From: Polymyxa betae A26-41
Taxonomy: Eukaryota; Protista; Endomyxa: Phytomyxea
Assembly: GCA_003693705.1 (NCBI GenBank)
Contig: RBZT01000499.1
Coordinates: 124,001 to 188,000 of the forward strand
Reading direction: 5' to 3'
DNA length: 64,000 bases
The notes under the pieces were generated by a model. It had not been told where the DNA came from and did no database searches. It saw only the letters and a list, made by a program, of their open reading frames with translations. A program made the position numbers and the translations under genes. Within the stretch, counting starts at the first letter, position 1; every line of letters begins with the position of its first letter. Shown here in pieces: positions 12,894-23,983 of the stretch.

Positions 12894-14232
12894 TTACATC
12901 ATATCGTTTTGTGCTCGATAAAAGGCATCAATTAGCGGCCCCACTGAGTACTCGTCGACGTCACTTGAAGAAATGTCAGGAAATGTAAAAGGCGAAAACT
13001 GGTCCTTACAGGTTTGGTACGCCCAACACCCCAGTGCGGATTAGCGTGTCCTCATCAACATCGACGCTGTGAATCGACAGCAAACCCAGCTTCAGAAGCA
13101 ATAAGTGCACATCATATTCTGTCTGGTTGCGGAAATGGGGAAGGTTTGGCTGTTGTCCGGTTCTGGGCATTAAAGGAATTTTACCTTGAAATGGATTAGC
13201 TATGGCCCTGTTGCTGATGAAACTAAGAAGCCATAACATCGGCTCCATCGCAATCGACCAGTATGGTCCGAATTGAAACCTTCTCATCAACTCGTTGACA
13301 GCGAATGGATTATGTATTGTTGGGACGTCATTGGAACCCCAGTTATACCCACCATACCATTCTTCTATCAGCTTGTCAACACCCTCTCTGCTCTCCTGAA
13401 GTCTTTCTTGTAACAGATTGAATCTCTTCCCGAACGAAGCGTGGATGTCTTCATTTGTATATCCAACAAGCGCCAATGCAGCTTCATCAAATGTTAAGTC
13501 ACTGATGTATCCAGGAATTTTCACATTGCCAATTCCCATATACATCTGAAATCTTATCTGGTCATCTTGAGCTTCAATCTCCTCAAAGAAATCATTAAGA
13601 ACTTTGGAGTTTGTTTGGATTCCTGAATCTTTCACTTCAGACTGGTCCATAAATAGTGTTTCAGAAACTGGAGCATCGACTTCGTCAACAAGGATCACGA
13701 CTTTTCCACTAGATGATAGCTTGGCCGCACTGCTAATCAAATCTCGCGTGGCTATTTTAACGGAATCCTTCGATACACAATCAGAAATTCCTAGCTGGGC
13801 AGCCATCGTCACCAATGTATTTCTCAGATTCGACTCAAAGTCGCGTCGTCGCGCTATGGCGCTCATATTAAAATGAAGCACAGCATGGCGCTCGTTGTTC
13901 CAGTCCCATTTGTCTGCTATAGCCAACCGGCGTCCGACAGTCCCATCAAACAGTTCTTTTTCACCACTGAATAGAGAAGCTAACGTTGTCATCGTCATTG
14001 TTTTGCCAAACCTTGGAGGACGACATAGGAGAAACTTTCGCTCCATTGCTAATATACGTTGTAGCTCAGCAGTCTTGTCCACCAGGTTGAATCCTTGTTT
14101 TTGCATCAAAGAGAACGTCGATATTTGTGATGAAACAGAAGATTCTGTCAACGGCCCTAACGGTAATTGTTGAAGAAACCCTCGGTGCTGATTCCTTGGT
14201 TGGAATTTTCCAAGAAAACGTCGAGTTGACAT
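12894..14232 (-). CDS. AAA-ATPase-like protein (PF09820-type NTPase) without a downstream PD-(D/E)XK nuclease
   Basis: VDKT, Walker A RPPRFGKT, Walker B VILVDEVDAP, WYGGYNW, HNPFAV, LGVPN. A short GTAAGG...CTGAC...AAG intron near 12964-13009 extends the frame (PNLDVDEY...) to TAA at 12894. Confidence 0.8.
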
Positions 14233-14534
14233 CGTAGTAAGCGTGCAAGTCGTGAAGCCGTATGAAGCACTATTGAAGTATGGCCGATCAAATTCATCGA
14301 AAGACTCCTGTATTTGTATCGACCCCATGGTCGCTATTATAAGCCGTAACAGTTAACAGAATATCAAATCGCCTTCGGTATTTCCAGAACTGGTTTGGTT
14401 CTCCATCATTTGTCAAAATGGTGGACATTCCGAAATTGATACAAGGAACGTACACGTCCTTCTTATAGTTGAGTGTGATCATGCGATCGTACTATCCCGC
14501 TCAAGTTGCATCAAATTCTGTAAGCTGGCTCTAA

Positions 14535-16789
14535 ATGGAACCAGCGTCAGATTCGAACAAAAACATTGCAGGCATTCAAGCCACAATTGTTCCACCAGAA
14601 CCGTTACCGCCGCCAACTTCATACCCGCCTCTGAAATCGTCTCCTGCCTTTCTTCTAGCATCGAAGAGATGGAAACGGATAGGCAGCAGGAAGATGACAG
14701 GCCTTCAACGAGGCTGCATAACCCGGATACTTCTGGGAATTTGTTCTTGCCAGTGGTCTGCTCAACTAAGTTACGAGAAGAGAAGATCGCTGAGCGATGC
14801 AGATGCAGTTCTGCGCCAATATACCCTGCAAATGACACTTCTTTCATTTATTAGTACAGGGCTGGTAGTTGTGCACAAGTCAGTGCCATTATGAATCTTG
14901 CAAATCCCTGAACAGCTGACATCAGTTATCAGTGATATCTGCTTCGACCATGAGACCTTGGTCTTCTATGACACCACCGACAATTGTAAATGGGGGTTGA
15001 TGGGGTGTATACAAGCTAACCCCATGGTATATAGGTCCCCTTGGAGCGAAACTGCTCTGGCTAAATCTATTCGTCAGTCTTCTATTTGGTGCGGCGCCTC
15101 TCATGTGTCATCTAATGATTTTTCTGTTATCTCATTTAACATAGTTCATCGCCTGAAGATGTATTATCATTGCCGAAGTTACATTCAGGTATGGAGAGGC
15201 AGTTGTGAAGGCAATTGGTGAGATGAATCTGCAGATGAAAGAATGGCATCTGGCGACTCGATGGAACGCCTTCACTGAATCAGGGTTGATTTACTTCTTC
15301 TTGTTCGAGTTAATCATTGCAGTGTGGTGAGCCCTGGTTCAGCGATCATTTCATGTCGCTTCTGATGCGAGACGTAGGCAGCCGGTTCCAGGTTTCCAAT
15401 ATATATTCGGGTTAGGTCACATGGTCAGGCTCGAGTTGCAGCCGAATATGAGAATTAACGATGGCCTCATAGGTCGTTATCACTTTAATGGTGCTTCGGC
15501 TCTATCTTATCGTGAGACTGCTTCGAGATTTCTCTCCCGCCCATATTCATCGACGAAGAATCAAAACTGAGTTAGTCTAGATGATTTGATTGATTTATAT
15601 GCTGAATGAGCTGCGTTCAAGATTTGAAACCGAGAATAAAGGATTTCGTGCCGACATCCGAGTCGATACTGTATTGAAGACCCATTTCTATTCCCACACG
15701 CAGCTAACGATTTTTGGGGTTTTCTTTGTGATGGTGATAAGTATGGCTTATGTCATTTACATTCTAGAAAGGTCGTCTATAATCGGCCTCAAAAATCCTA
15801 TCGTTTCCCAAAAATATGGTTTCAGGCAATTCTGGGTGTCACCTATTACTGGCCTGCCGATTCTGGGATCGCAATGGATAATATTGCCTGTATCCGAGAA
15901 AGCGATGTATTCGAAGACGGTCTTAGTTGACTACACGAACTGCATGTGGTTTGTCACTGTAACAGGTTAGATCATTGTCCCAAATAGAGTAATCACTCAT
16001 CATGCAATTTGTTAGCGACAACTGTCGGTTATGGAGACATAACGGTAGGCATAATCTAAGCATAATGACGATAAGATTTGTTCTGATGCAATGTGTAGCC
16101 TCAGAGTGGCCCGGCTCGGATAGCGGCAATGACTGCAGCAATTAGTGGAATCATCACGACTTCGCTATTGGTATCGGTGCTAACGAACCGTTTAGCACCG
16201 ACATCGTTTCAGCAATACGTCATCGATTATCTGAATCGTTCAGCGATTAGACGAAGGAAACGAGAAGTTGCTGCCGTGATAATTCAAACATGGTGGAAAA
16301 TGATGACGGCCAACGAAGTAAAAAGGCCCCGGCAGACGTCCATCGAAAGAAGAAAATCGGTCGTTTTAGTAAATGGTTCGTGCATTTTTAGAATGTTCAT
16401 TGTAACTACTGACAGATTTTGCAGTTATTTTAAGCAATCTGACGAGATATCATTCGGCACTGATAGAATTCGAATCGCTTAAGTCTCGAGAAGCGCAAAT
16501 GAAGACCAGTGGTGCTCAGGATGTAACAGAATTTCAAGGTCTGACCAGGGCAATTTTATCGGAACAGCTGGAGATGAAAAGGACAATTCGGGAGATGCAA
16601 GAAGTGATTCACCGCATGTCACGGGCTTTGGAGACATCGGGTGCAATTCGCGGTGCAGACGAAGTCCAAGCAATCTCCATCCCGGCCAATAAAGATGACA
16701 ATACGCTCAGGAATCGCAAGCCCAGCAGCAGTTCTAGCATCTATAGCGACGAACAGCAAGAATCGTATTTATTCTCCAAAAAATTGTGA
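14535..16789 (+). CDS. Small/intermediate-conductance Ca2+-activated K+ channel (SK/KCNN-like), spliced
   Basis: TM segments, YILER, pore NCMWFVTVT..TTVGYGD, S6 GIITTSLLVSVLTNRL, CaM-binding-like KREVAAVIIQTWWK, C-terminal coiled coil. Confidence 0.85.
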
Positions 16790-17295
16790 ATAACATTTAG
16801 ATCGTCGATTTCCTGAAGTATTCAGCGCCAAATTCGCACATTTATTTAAAAATTGTTGAATAGTCGATTCGAAAGTTTAGAGGTTCTCCGGCGTCTGTGT
16901 TTGAACCGGCAGTTTGAGGACCGAAATGGGTGAACAGGTTGAAGTCATGATGACGCCTGTATCATACAAGCCACAGCACAGGCACGGCCAATAGTGCAAA
17001 ACTCCGTAGGTTGTATCCAATGAGCCACGCAGCAGTAGAATGTTCTAAGTTTAGTTTGAGTAAGTGAAGTTTCGGCGACATCACAGTGTGGAGGAAGGCC
17101 AAGACACCCCCCTTGAAAGATTCGTATTCCAACCAAGCCGTTCTACTGTTAAGTATACCATACATACATGGCACAAGCAGAACAAGCCTAGCAGTCAGAC
17201 ACTGGACGAAGCCGTAACGCCGCAACAATCAGCTTCGAGATTCCAACGCTGCTAGAGGCTACCAAGATTAGCTAGGTCATTGATTAGAACCACAG

Positions 17296-17469
17296 ATGTC
17301 GGTCGCTGCTGTTGAACATTCTCTTACCAAGCCTGGTCATGAAGGGCGACATGTTCATTTCGATCTGAGCAAGAACAGAATTATCATTGTTCACCCGAAT
17401 CGGGAAGAGAGAAAGGAACTTCGCAGAGCTGCAAGAGAAGAGAGGAAATCTAAGAAAAAACGCCATTAG
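17296..17469 (+). CDS. 57-aa basic microprotein with RVxF motif (copy A)
   Basis: ATG..TAG ORF MSVAAVEHSLTKPGHEGRHVHFDLSKNRIIIVHPNREERKELRRAAREERKSKKKRH; 37/57 identical and ungapped to the ORF at 56653-56826. Confidence 0.85.
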   Translation: MSVAAVEHSLTKPGHEGRHVHFDLSKNRIIIVHPNREERKELRRAAREERKSKKKRH

Positions 17470-17842
17470 CGTTTCTATTATGATGTCTATATATAGTATT
17501 TATTTGTTGCAAATCGTTTCCTGCGATGAGTTCTTCAGCAGAAACGCGACTCTACAGCTCTGGAATTTTATGTTTTTTTTTGTTTTCTTCGGTTCTCAAT
17601 ATCTTTTCCTTGTTTTCTGCATATATGCAATTACATATCTATTACTGAAAAGACATACCAAATGCCAATCAGAAGGCCTGCCATGGGCGCGGCCTGAAGC
17701 CGAAAAGCCTCTGGTTGAGCTTCGCGCTTAAATCCTGAGATAGAGTCTGGGGCGCTGCCGCTGCCAGTGGCAGCTGAGGCTGCCCAGCCAGCTCTTCGTT
17801 GCAATTTCACACTTAACTTGTGCTACTGGCCCATTGGTGACA

Positions 17843-18300
17843 ATGTCAGTTCAGATGCAGTTGGAGTCGTCTCGAAATCTCACAACCGATGACTTCATCA
17901 CGACAGACCTGAAGAAGACGCCCGCGCTAGCCAGCTGTGAGAACGAGATTGCAGACTTGCAAAAGGTGAAAAAACGAAAGCGAGGACGACGCCGGCCGCT
18001 GGCTGATATCCAGAATAAGCCTGAGGGGCATCAATTAGAGGGGCATCAGCCAGATGGTCAGAGGCAGACAAAGCGAGCTCGCGTCGAAAATGTGAAGCTC
18101 ATCGATTCCATCGTACATTTGAAAGATGGTACATGCACTGCTGCAGAGAATGTACAAAGGCATCAGTTTAATTTGACAATAACTTGGTCTGCAAAGGACT
18201 GAAGAATATATTTGAATGCTACAGAAGGGAGGGTCGGCGGCAGAATCTTAATGACAAGCTAACCCTGAATAGTTTCCTGTGCAAATTGATATTTATATAA
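17843..18300 (+). CDS. Small hypothetical nuclear protein with NLS and D-box-like motif, probably 2 exons
   Basis: KKRKRGRR basic cluster followed by RRPLADIQN. A putative intron at about 18129-18197 leads to a stop at 18300. Confidence 0.5.
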
Positions 18301-18312
18301 TGATTGGATATT

Positions 18313-19631
18313 TCAGCATTTGGTTGTGGAAGACGAGAATGGTTTCCTGATAGTTCTGGATGGAAACCAGATCTTGGTGAGAGAATATGCAAACACGCTA
18401 ACAATAGCAATAACACTTCCAATATAACCCCATACGTTGACCGGATTTCGAAACACGATCAGAGCAGCACCAATAACGAAGACACGCTTGAATGTACTTC
18501 CGATAGCTATCGATCAGATAAGCGTTGGAAAAAAAGACCACGATATCCCAAACCATGAGTAACAGGAGAGACGGCGTCTAAAGCCAAGAAAGCCACTTCA
18601 TTATACAGATAGTATGATAGACCGCTGGCGATCAGATTACCCCAGACATAAACATGTCCTTGCTTCAGTAATCCATTATTGAAATTGTCCAGAAATACTG
18701 CCCCTTCGGAAGCGGCAAATAGAACCGCACAGAAGATAGAAGATAGAATGGTTAATACATAATCTAAGAGAAATCAACAAAAAGGCCCAAATCACAGCTA
18801 GGCTTACATAGATTCTGTGCTTGCAGCTTCCTTTCGCTTGGGATACTTTTCAGAGCTTCTTTGGAAAATGTACCACGAAGCGATGCGCTAAGAGATGATA
18901 GAAGGGCCAGATTTAAGGCCAGAGCGTTAAAGTCCATCTGAAGCATAACGTCAATAAACATCCAGTTGACAATTTGATTCATGATACCTCAGCAACCGAT
19001 GCGACCGCTACACCGATGCAGACCATAGCTAAGGTTAGATAGACCTGCCAGGCGTAGACCTGTCCAAGAACAAACACAGACAGGACGGCAGTAAATACAG
19101 GCTCGGATGCCCTAACAGATCGGTAAATGCAAGCGGGTCGGCCAGGGCAACCTTCACTTACTTGATGATATGGGTGAAGGAGACGGCTCCTAAACCCATG
19201 CTTCCGACACCTCCCAAATGGGTCCCAGAATGGCATAGCGACATGAAACTCAGCGATCTGAAAAGGCGCCATTCGAATATGGATGGAGGTTGCCGAATTC
19301 CTGACAACCAGATGATAACGATTACAGGAACACCAGCAAACATTTGGAATGTGGCTAAGAACATTGGTAGATCTAATGCCTGATGGGCTTTCTTATTGCA
19401 GACATTATAAACAACCTGAAATGAAGATATTACAATCACGAGTCGGGTAATAGAGATCGCACATACGCTTAAGGTAAACCATATCAAAAAGTATGACAGA
19501 ATTTTGGCGTTCTGTAGAGTTAGGGCGGCATCTATTCGGGATGATAGGCTGCGGCGTGGTCGGGCGGCGGCATTGCCAGGACGGTCATTCGGTTTAATAG
19601 GCCCGATTGGAATAGCAGCGTGACCGGACAT
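18313..19631 (-). CDS. Triose-phosphate/phosphate translocator family (plastid pPT-like) transporter, spliced
   Basis: YNVCNK, GAVSFTHIIKASEPVF, SGLSYYLYNEVAFLAL..VSPVTH, STFKRVFVI...VFRNPV; stop at 18313. Confidence 0.9.
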
Positions 19632-19714
19632 GATGACAGATTACGATATGGAAAGGGGATGCAAACAACGCGAACGACGCAGACAAAATTGAATGAGAGG
19701 ACTTGACCCACAGA

Positions 19715-20705
19715 TTAATTCGTCATCGCCGACGCCGGTATGGGATCATATCCATGCCGGTCACCCCAATATGTCGCCTTGTTCCCGTGTCTAGCGCCAG
19801 CGAACCATTCAACTGCGCAGTTTATTCGAAGGAGCCGCGTTATACCGGTCCATCCGGGACTGGGACAGTAGGTACAGTACTGCACTCGTCTGCCATGCCA
19901 GACCTTACGCCATCGCAAACGATGTTTCAAAATTCTGGTGAATGCATGAAGCTGGGAATCGTTAGCTAAACACAGCCCTATTCTGGCTGGATGCAAGTTC
20001 TGGTTCTTTAAGACCTACATCCAGCTCTAAAGGGCAAAGTACATACATTTGAAAAAAGAAGGGCTTAACGCCATGCTTATGCAATGTACATAAATCCCCA
20101 ACACACATTTGATGAATCTCATTCATCGAAATTAATGAGAGCTTAACCTCAAAGATGCCGATCATTATTGTATTGAACAAGGAAGGTATTGACAAACAAA
20201 TTCTCATTGAGATGTATGATAATCAGTTGCGAATGGAAACTGGGGTTGACCGCTGCCATACAGTAGTAGCCTATATAGACTAAATAATGCAATATAAATT
20301 CATGAGCCAATTCATTACCTGCAAATCAGAAGTACACCAGATCAAATTGAAATTAGAAGGAGCACTTTCGTCTACGTTAAGAACGCCGACAAAATCCCAG
20401 ATTCGTGTTGGCTTTCCGCTTTCGACCTCTAACAACTGTTTTAGTCCACAGATTTCGTAAGAGTCTCAGGGTTGCCAACCATTACGAGACTGCTGGACGG
20501 TCAGAGAAACAGAGACTCCTGGAACCTGATCTGAATCGCAGAGCTCAAGATTTACATGACGTCCTGCGATCGAGAAGAAGATCGAATTGTTCTTGGATAG
20601 CGGATCCACAACAGCTGGAACCTGAACATCTTTGAATGGGTCTGATGCTCCTAGAGCGCTGCTCAAGAGCCAGGTCGTGATGACGGATACGAACAAATAT
20701 CTCAT
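19715..20705 (-). CDS. Putative secreted multi-exon protein, possibly ML/NPC2-like lipid-binding fold
   Basis: Signal-peptide-like MRYLFVSVITTWLLSSALGA; Cys-containing exon fragments (ELCDSD, VGDLC, SCIH). Exon structure uncertain. Confidence 0.4.
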
Positions 20706-20828
20706 GATAATATCTGGTGAAATTTGCAGCACGTGCCAGTTAACTTGATCAGATTTTTCACTGACAAAGTTTAGCCCTGAATAACCACCTCGCTGTTTGC
20801 GCAAACATGGTCATCTTCAGGCGACCCC

Positions 20829-21588
20829 ATGAGATTGCTGGCGCCTTGGAAAAATTATGCCTGGCGGTTTCTGCCACCAGCGACAACCATCGGCCGACGA
20901 TGGATGGCTAGATCGACGAGATACCAGATGATCGGCACTACCAAGCAGGTACCGAATGCCTCCCAGACTACTGCTCGCAAAGACCCAGTCGATGCCGCTT
21001 TTCGTCGTCTGCAAACAGCAGGGATTTTGCCGTTCGTGGACGAGGCGATATCTCATTGGAAGGAGCAAAAGGTATCATTATGATATAGTGGAGGCCAAGC
21101 AGTGACCCTTTTGTCTGTTTAAGAGATATGATGGGCAGAAAGCCGCTGTCCCTTCTGAAATATTCGAATCTTGGAGAGGACAGGTTGCATTGGGATTTGC
21201 CGATTTCCTGGAGAGGTGCGATGATCTGAAGGGGTTCGACAATGATTCGATGACGGTCGTCTTGGAACAATTAATGGTGGAGAAGCTCCTGTGTTTGACC
21301 AACGATATCGTATCGTTTCTTTGTCCCTCGGTGCCGGAAGTTGGTTTTCAGCATGTCATTGATGGCCACGAATTACAGTTAGTTGAGCGAAGATTATCGA
21401 TGCACCAATCAGGAAGTCTGCTTTTAACAATGCTCTGGAAATCTATCCATGAACCTGATTCATATGCTGAAACGGAGACTAGACTATCGAGGGATGATGT
21501 TGTATGGCCTGGGACCCTGCAAGAGCTTAGACAATGCCTGGTTAACAACAAATTAATTTCTGAATACAGAGCGCCAGCCTCGAAGTAA
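20829..21588 (+). CDS. Hypothetical protein with mitochondrial-presequence-like N-terminus, 2 exons
   Basis: Arg-rich, acid-free N-terminus MRLLAPWKNYAWRF...RRWMARS; intron at about 21072-21123 joins two ORFs. Confidence 0.55.
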
Positions 21589-21764
21589 TTTTCCATTTCT
21601 CTTCGTTAACGACTAAATCAGAAAACTGAGAAGCGCACCAAGGAATCCATAAAGCGCTTGTCTTGGAAACAAATATACAACCTTTAAACAGTATGTTTAT
21701 AACGAAATTCAGGACTAGGCAGGCAGTGAGTATGTGCCGCGCCTTCCAGAAACGATTAAATATA

Positions 21765-22107
21765 TCAATATGGGGCATCGGAATCGGATTCCGGGTCGGA
21801 ACAATTGTTGTCGATTACAGCCTTGAACACGCCAATGATGATTCTTTGAATTTGAAATGTTTGCCTTTCAACATGAGTTGATGCTTCTTCAATCCTCGAA
21901 AGCTGATCGTTGAGGCTTGGATCCTGCAGCAGCACGTCGCAGCGCTTCAGCAGGGTATGACAGCACATTCCTGTGATGATTACGTAAAGATTTTGGACAA
22001 AGTTACACATTATGCATACTCAAATCGTGCAAGGTCTGCCCCTTTCTCGATGGCAATTCAGTAATGCACTGAAACGGCCTCGTCAATGCTGTGTCTTGTA
22101 GATCCAT
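21765..22107 (-). CDS. Small hypothetical coiled-coil protein, 2 exons
   Basis: MDLQDTALTRPF...MHN joined via a GT-AG intron to CDVLLQDPSLNDQLSRIEEASTHVERQ...; no family recognised. Confidence 0.35.
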
Positions 22108-22414
22108 TGCAGCAAGAGACCAGCAAGTCACCGACGACGACAAAACATACCCAACGATAAGAGACTGCAAACAAGAGGTGACCCATTCTGCAGGCAACAG
22201 CCGAGACAAGGCAAGATCAGAGACTGCGAAGCTAATGAAGCCTCTTGGAGAGAAGAGAGAGCGCAAGTGGCCACAATTTTGAAATCAGATAAGGACCCTC
22301 TGCGAAGGCGGGGAAAACCAATAACTTTGCAACATCTTTCTAAACCAACTCCGTTTCTGTATTGAACACATTTTAAGCCTTATGTGGGCATTCTGTTAGA
22401 TCTATATGCAGAGT

Positions 22415-23638
22415 TTACATTGATGGAGTTGGGATAGGCGCCGCCAGCTTCAGAACACATTTGCCTTCGTTCTGGCCAGTGAATAACGACATGATGGCGT
22501 CTATCCAGCTATCAAGGCCGTTGAATTCGGTAACTTTATAGGTGATTTGCTGCTGATGAATCCGATCGCTAATCTATGTCTAGCTTTACCCCTTTCTGCT
22601 GCATAGTCGAGCATCACGAAACCCTTAATGCTTGCTCTCTTGACAAGAAGCATCATATAATTTGCGGGACCTTTCATCTCCTTGGAATTATATTACCCGA
22701 GCACCAAACGCTAAATTTGATAATGCAGCATCCAGTGCATCACCGCCTACATTATCAAAGAACACATTGATGCCTACAATTATCAATACTTGTAAATATA
22801 CCATTACTGGAAAAATATTCAGTTGTTTCCATTTGGACAAAGTTGTTGAATCCTCTTTGACAGCGAACCCGATGCTTTATAATTGATAGCCCCATCGAAT
22901 TTAAGATCGTTGACTAAATAACTGCATTTCTCATCGGATCCAGCAATTCCAATAACACAGCAACTCATGAGTTTGGCTATCTGTCCTACTACAGACCCCG
23001 TCGCCCCTGCTGCTGCTGAAATGAGCTACGGTATCTCCCGGTTGAGGTTTCCCTATCTTCAAAAACCCTGAACAGAGATTGCTGAAAATGAGTACGATTA
23101 GAACCCGTATGCATACCAAAATACGCAGTGAGGCCAGTAGTTCCAAGAACGTTCAGCCAAGCATTGATCGGTAGTCCAAGTGAGGGATCCACTTTCTCGA
23201 GACCTTTCGGATTTCGTAAACAGCATATTCTTGAAGACCAAAGGTTCCAATCACAAAATCTGATTTGTTGTAGCCTTTCACAGTGGAATGAATAATCTGC
23301 CCAATACCCAACGCCCTCATGACCTGTTTGCACAAAAAAGCTTGTTCGTATGCACAAGAATTAATGATATGTGTTTGCATACCTCTCCAATACCAACAGG
23401 TGGCAAATACGATTTGCCAGATTTCATCCATCCTCGCATCGCAGGATCAATAGAAACAGAAAGAACTTTGATAAGCAAGCTCTCCCCTTTCAGCTCAGGT
23501 ATTTCAACCTAACTCGAAAAGTTTGCAAGCTAGACATCAGCCGAGCTCGATGGTTACCGTCTCCAGCCGGAAATCATCCCAAGTCGGCAATCCATTTGGT
23601 CGCTTTATTAGAACGATTCGGCGATTAACGAGAACCAT
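22415..23638 (-). pseudogene. Frameshifted NADP-dependent alkenal/prostaglandin reductase (PTGR1/CurA-like) paralogue
   Basis: SIDPAMRGWM, LGTTGLTAYFG, ISAAAGATGS, FDNVGG and GPANYMMLL lie in different frames. Frame breaks are near 23219, 23026, 22693 (with loss of the CGAISQY motif) and 22568. Confidence 0.75.
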
Positions 23639-23983
23639 TCCGGGGTTGGCAGTCTGCAATCAGCAGAAAATGGATGATCGATTATAGAATATACAAGTCG
23701 GTATTATGAAAGGAACGAGAGACGGCTATACCTAAATGAGAGGAAATGGGGTGGTGGGCTTACTAAGGAACAGTACTGTTAGGATGGTGATGGGTGGTGA
23801 ACAGCAGGCGGGCTGCGGCGTCAGATTACAACCGAAGATCGGGTTGGTCGGTGTGGTCTTGTGAGCCACATTGATAAGGATGAAAGGTGAATAAGATTTC
23901 TCTTTCTCGGCTTTCAGAAATCACGCAATGCTACAGGGCAGCAGCAGGAATCCGATGAGACTTTGGATCAAATCATGAGAGGC

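Noticed and set aside
16844-17228. Minus-strand hydrophobic ORF with an in-frame TGA followed by open frame (possible readthrough or selenocysteine)
   Set aside because: No recognisable family, redox motif or SECIS. The region is better explained as the upstream region of microprotein A.
17284-17466. 60-aa minus-strand ORF MAFFLRFPLF...
   Set aside because: Antisense shadow of microprotein A. The equivalent frame at copy B contains stop codons, while the opposite frame is conserved.
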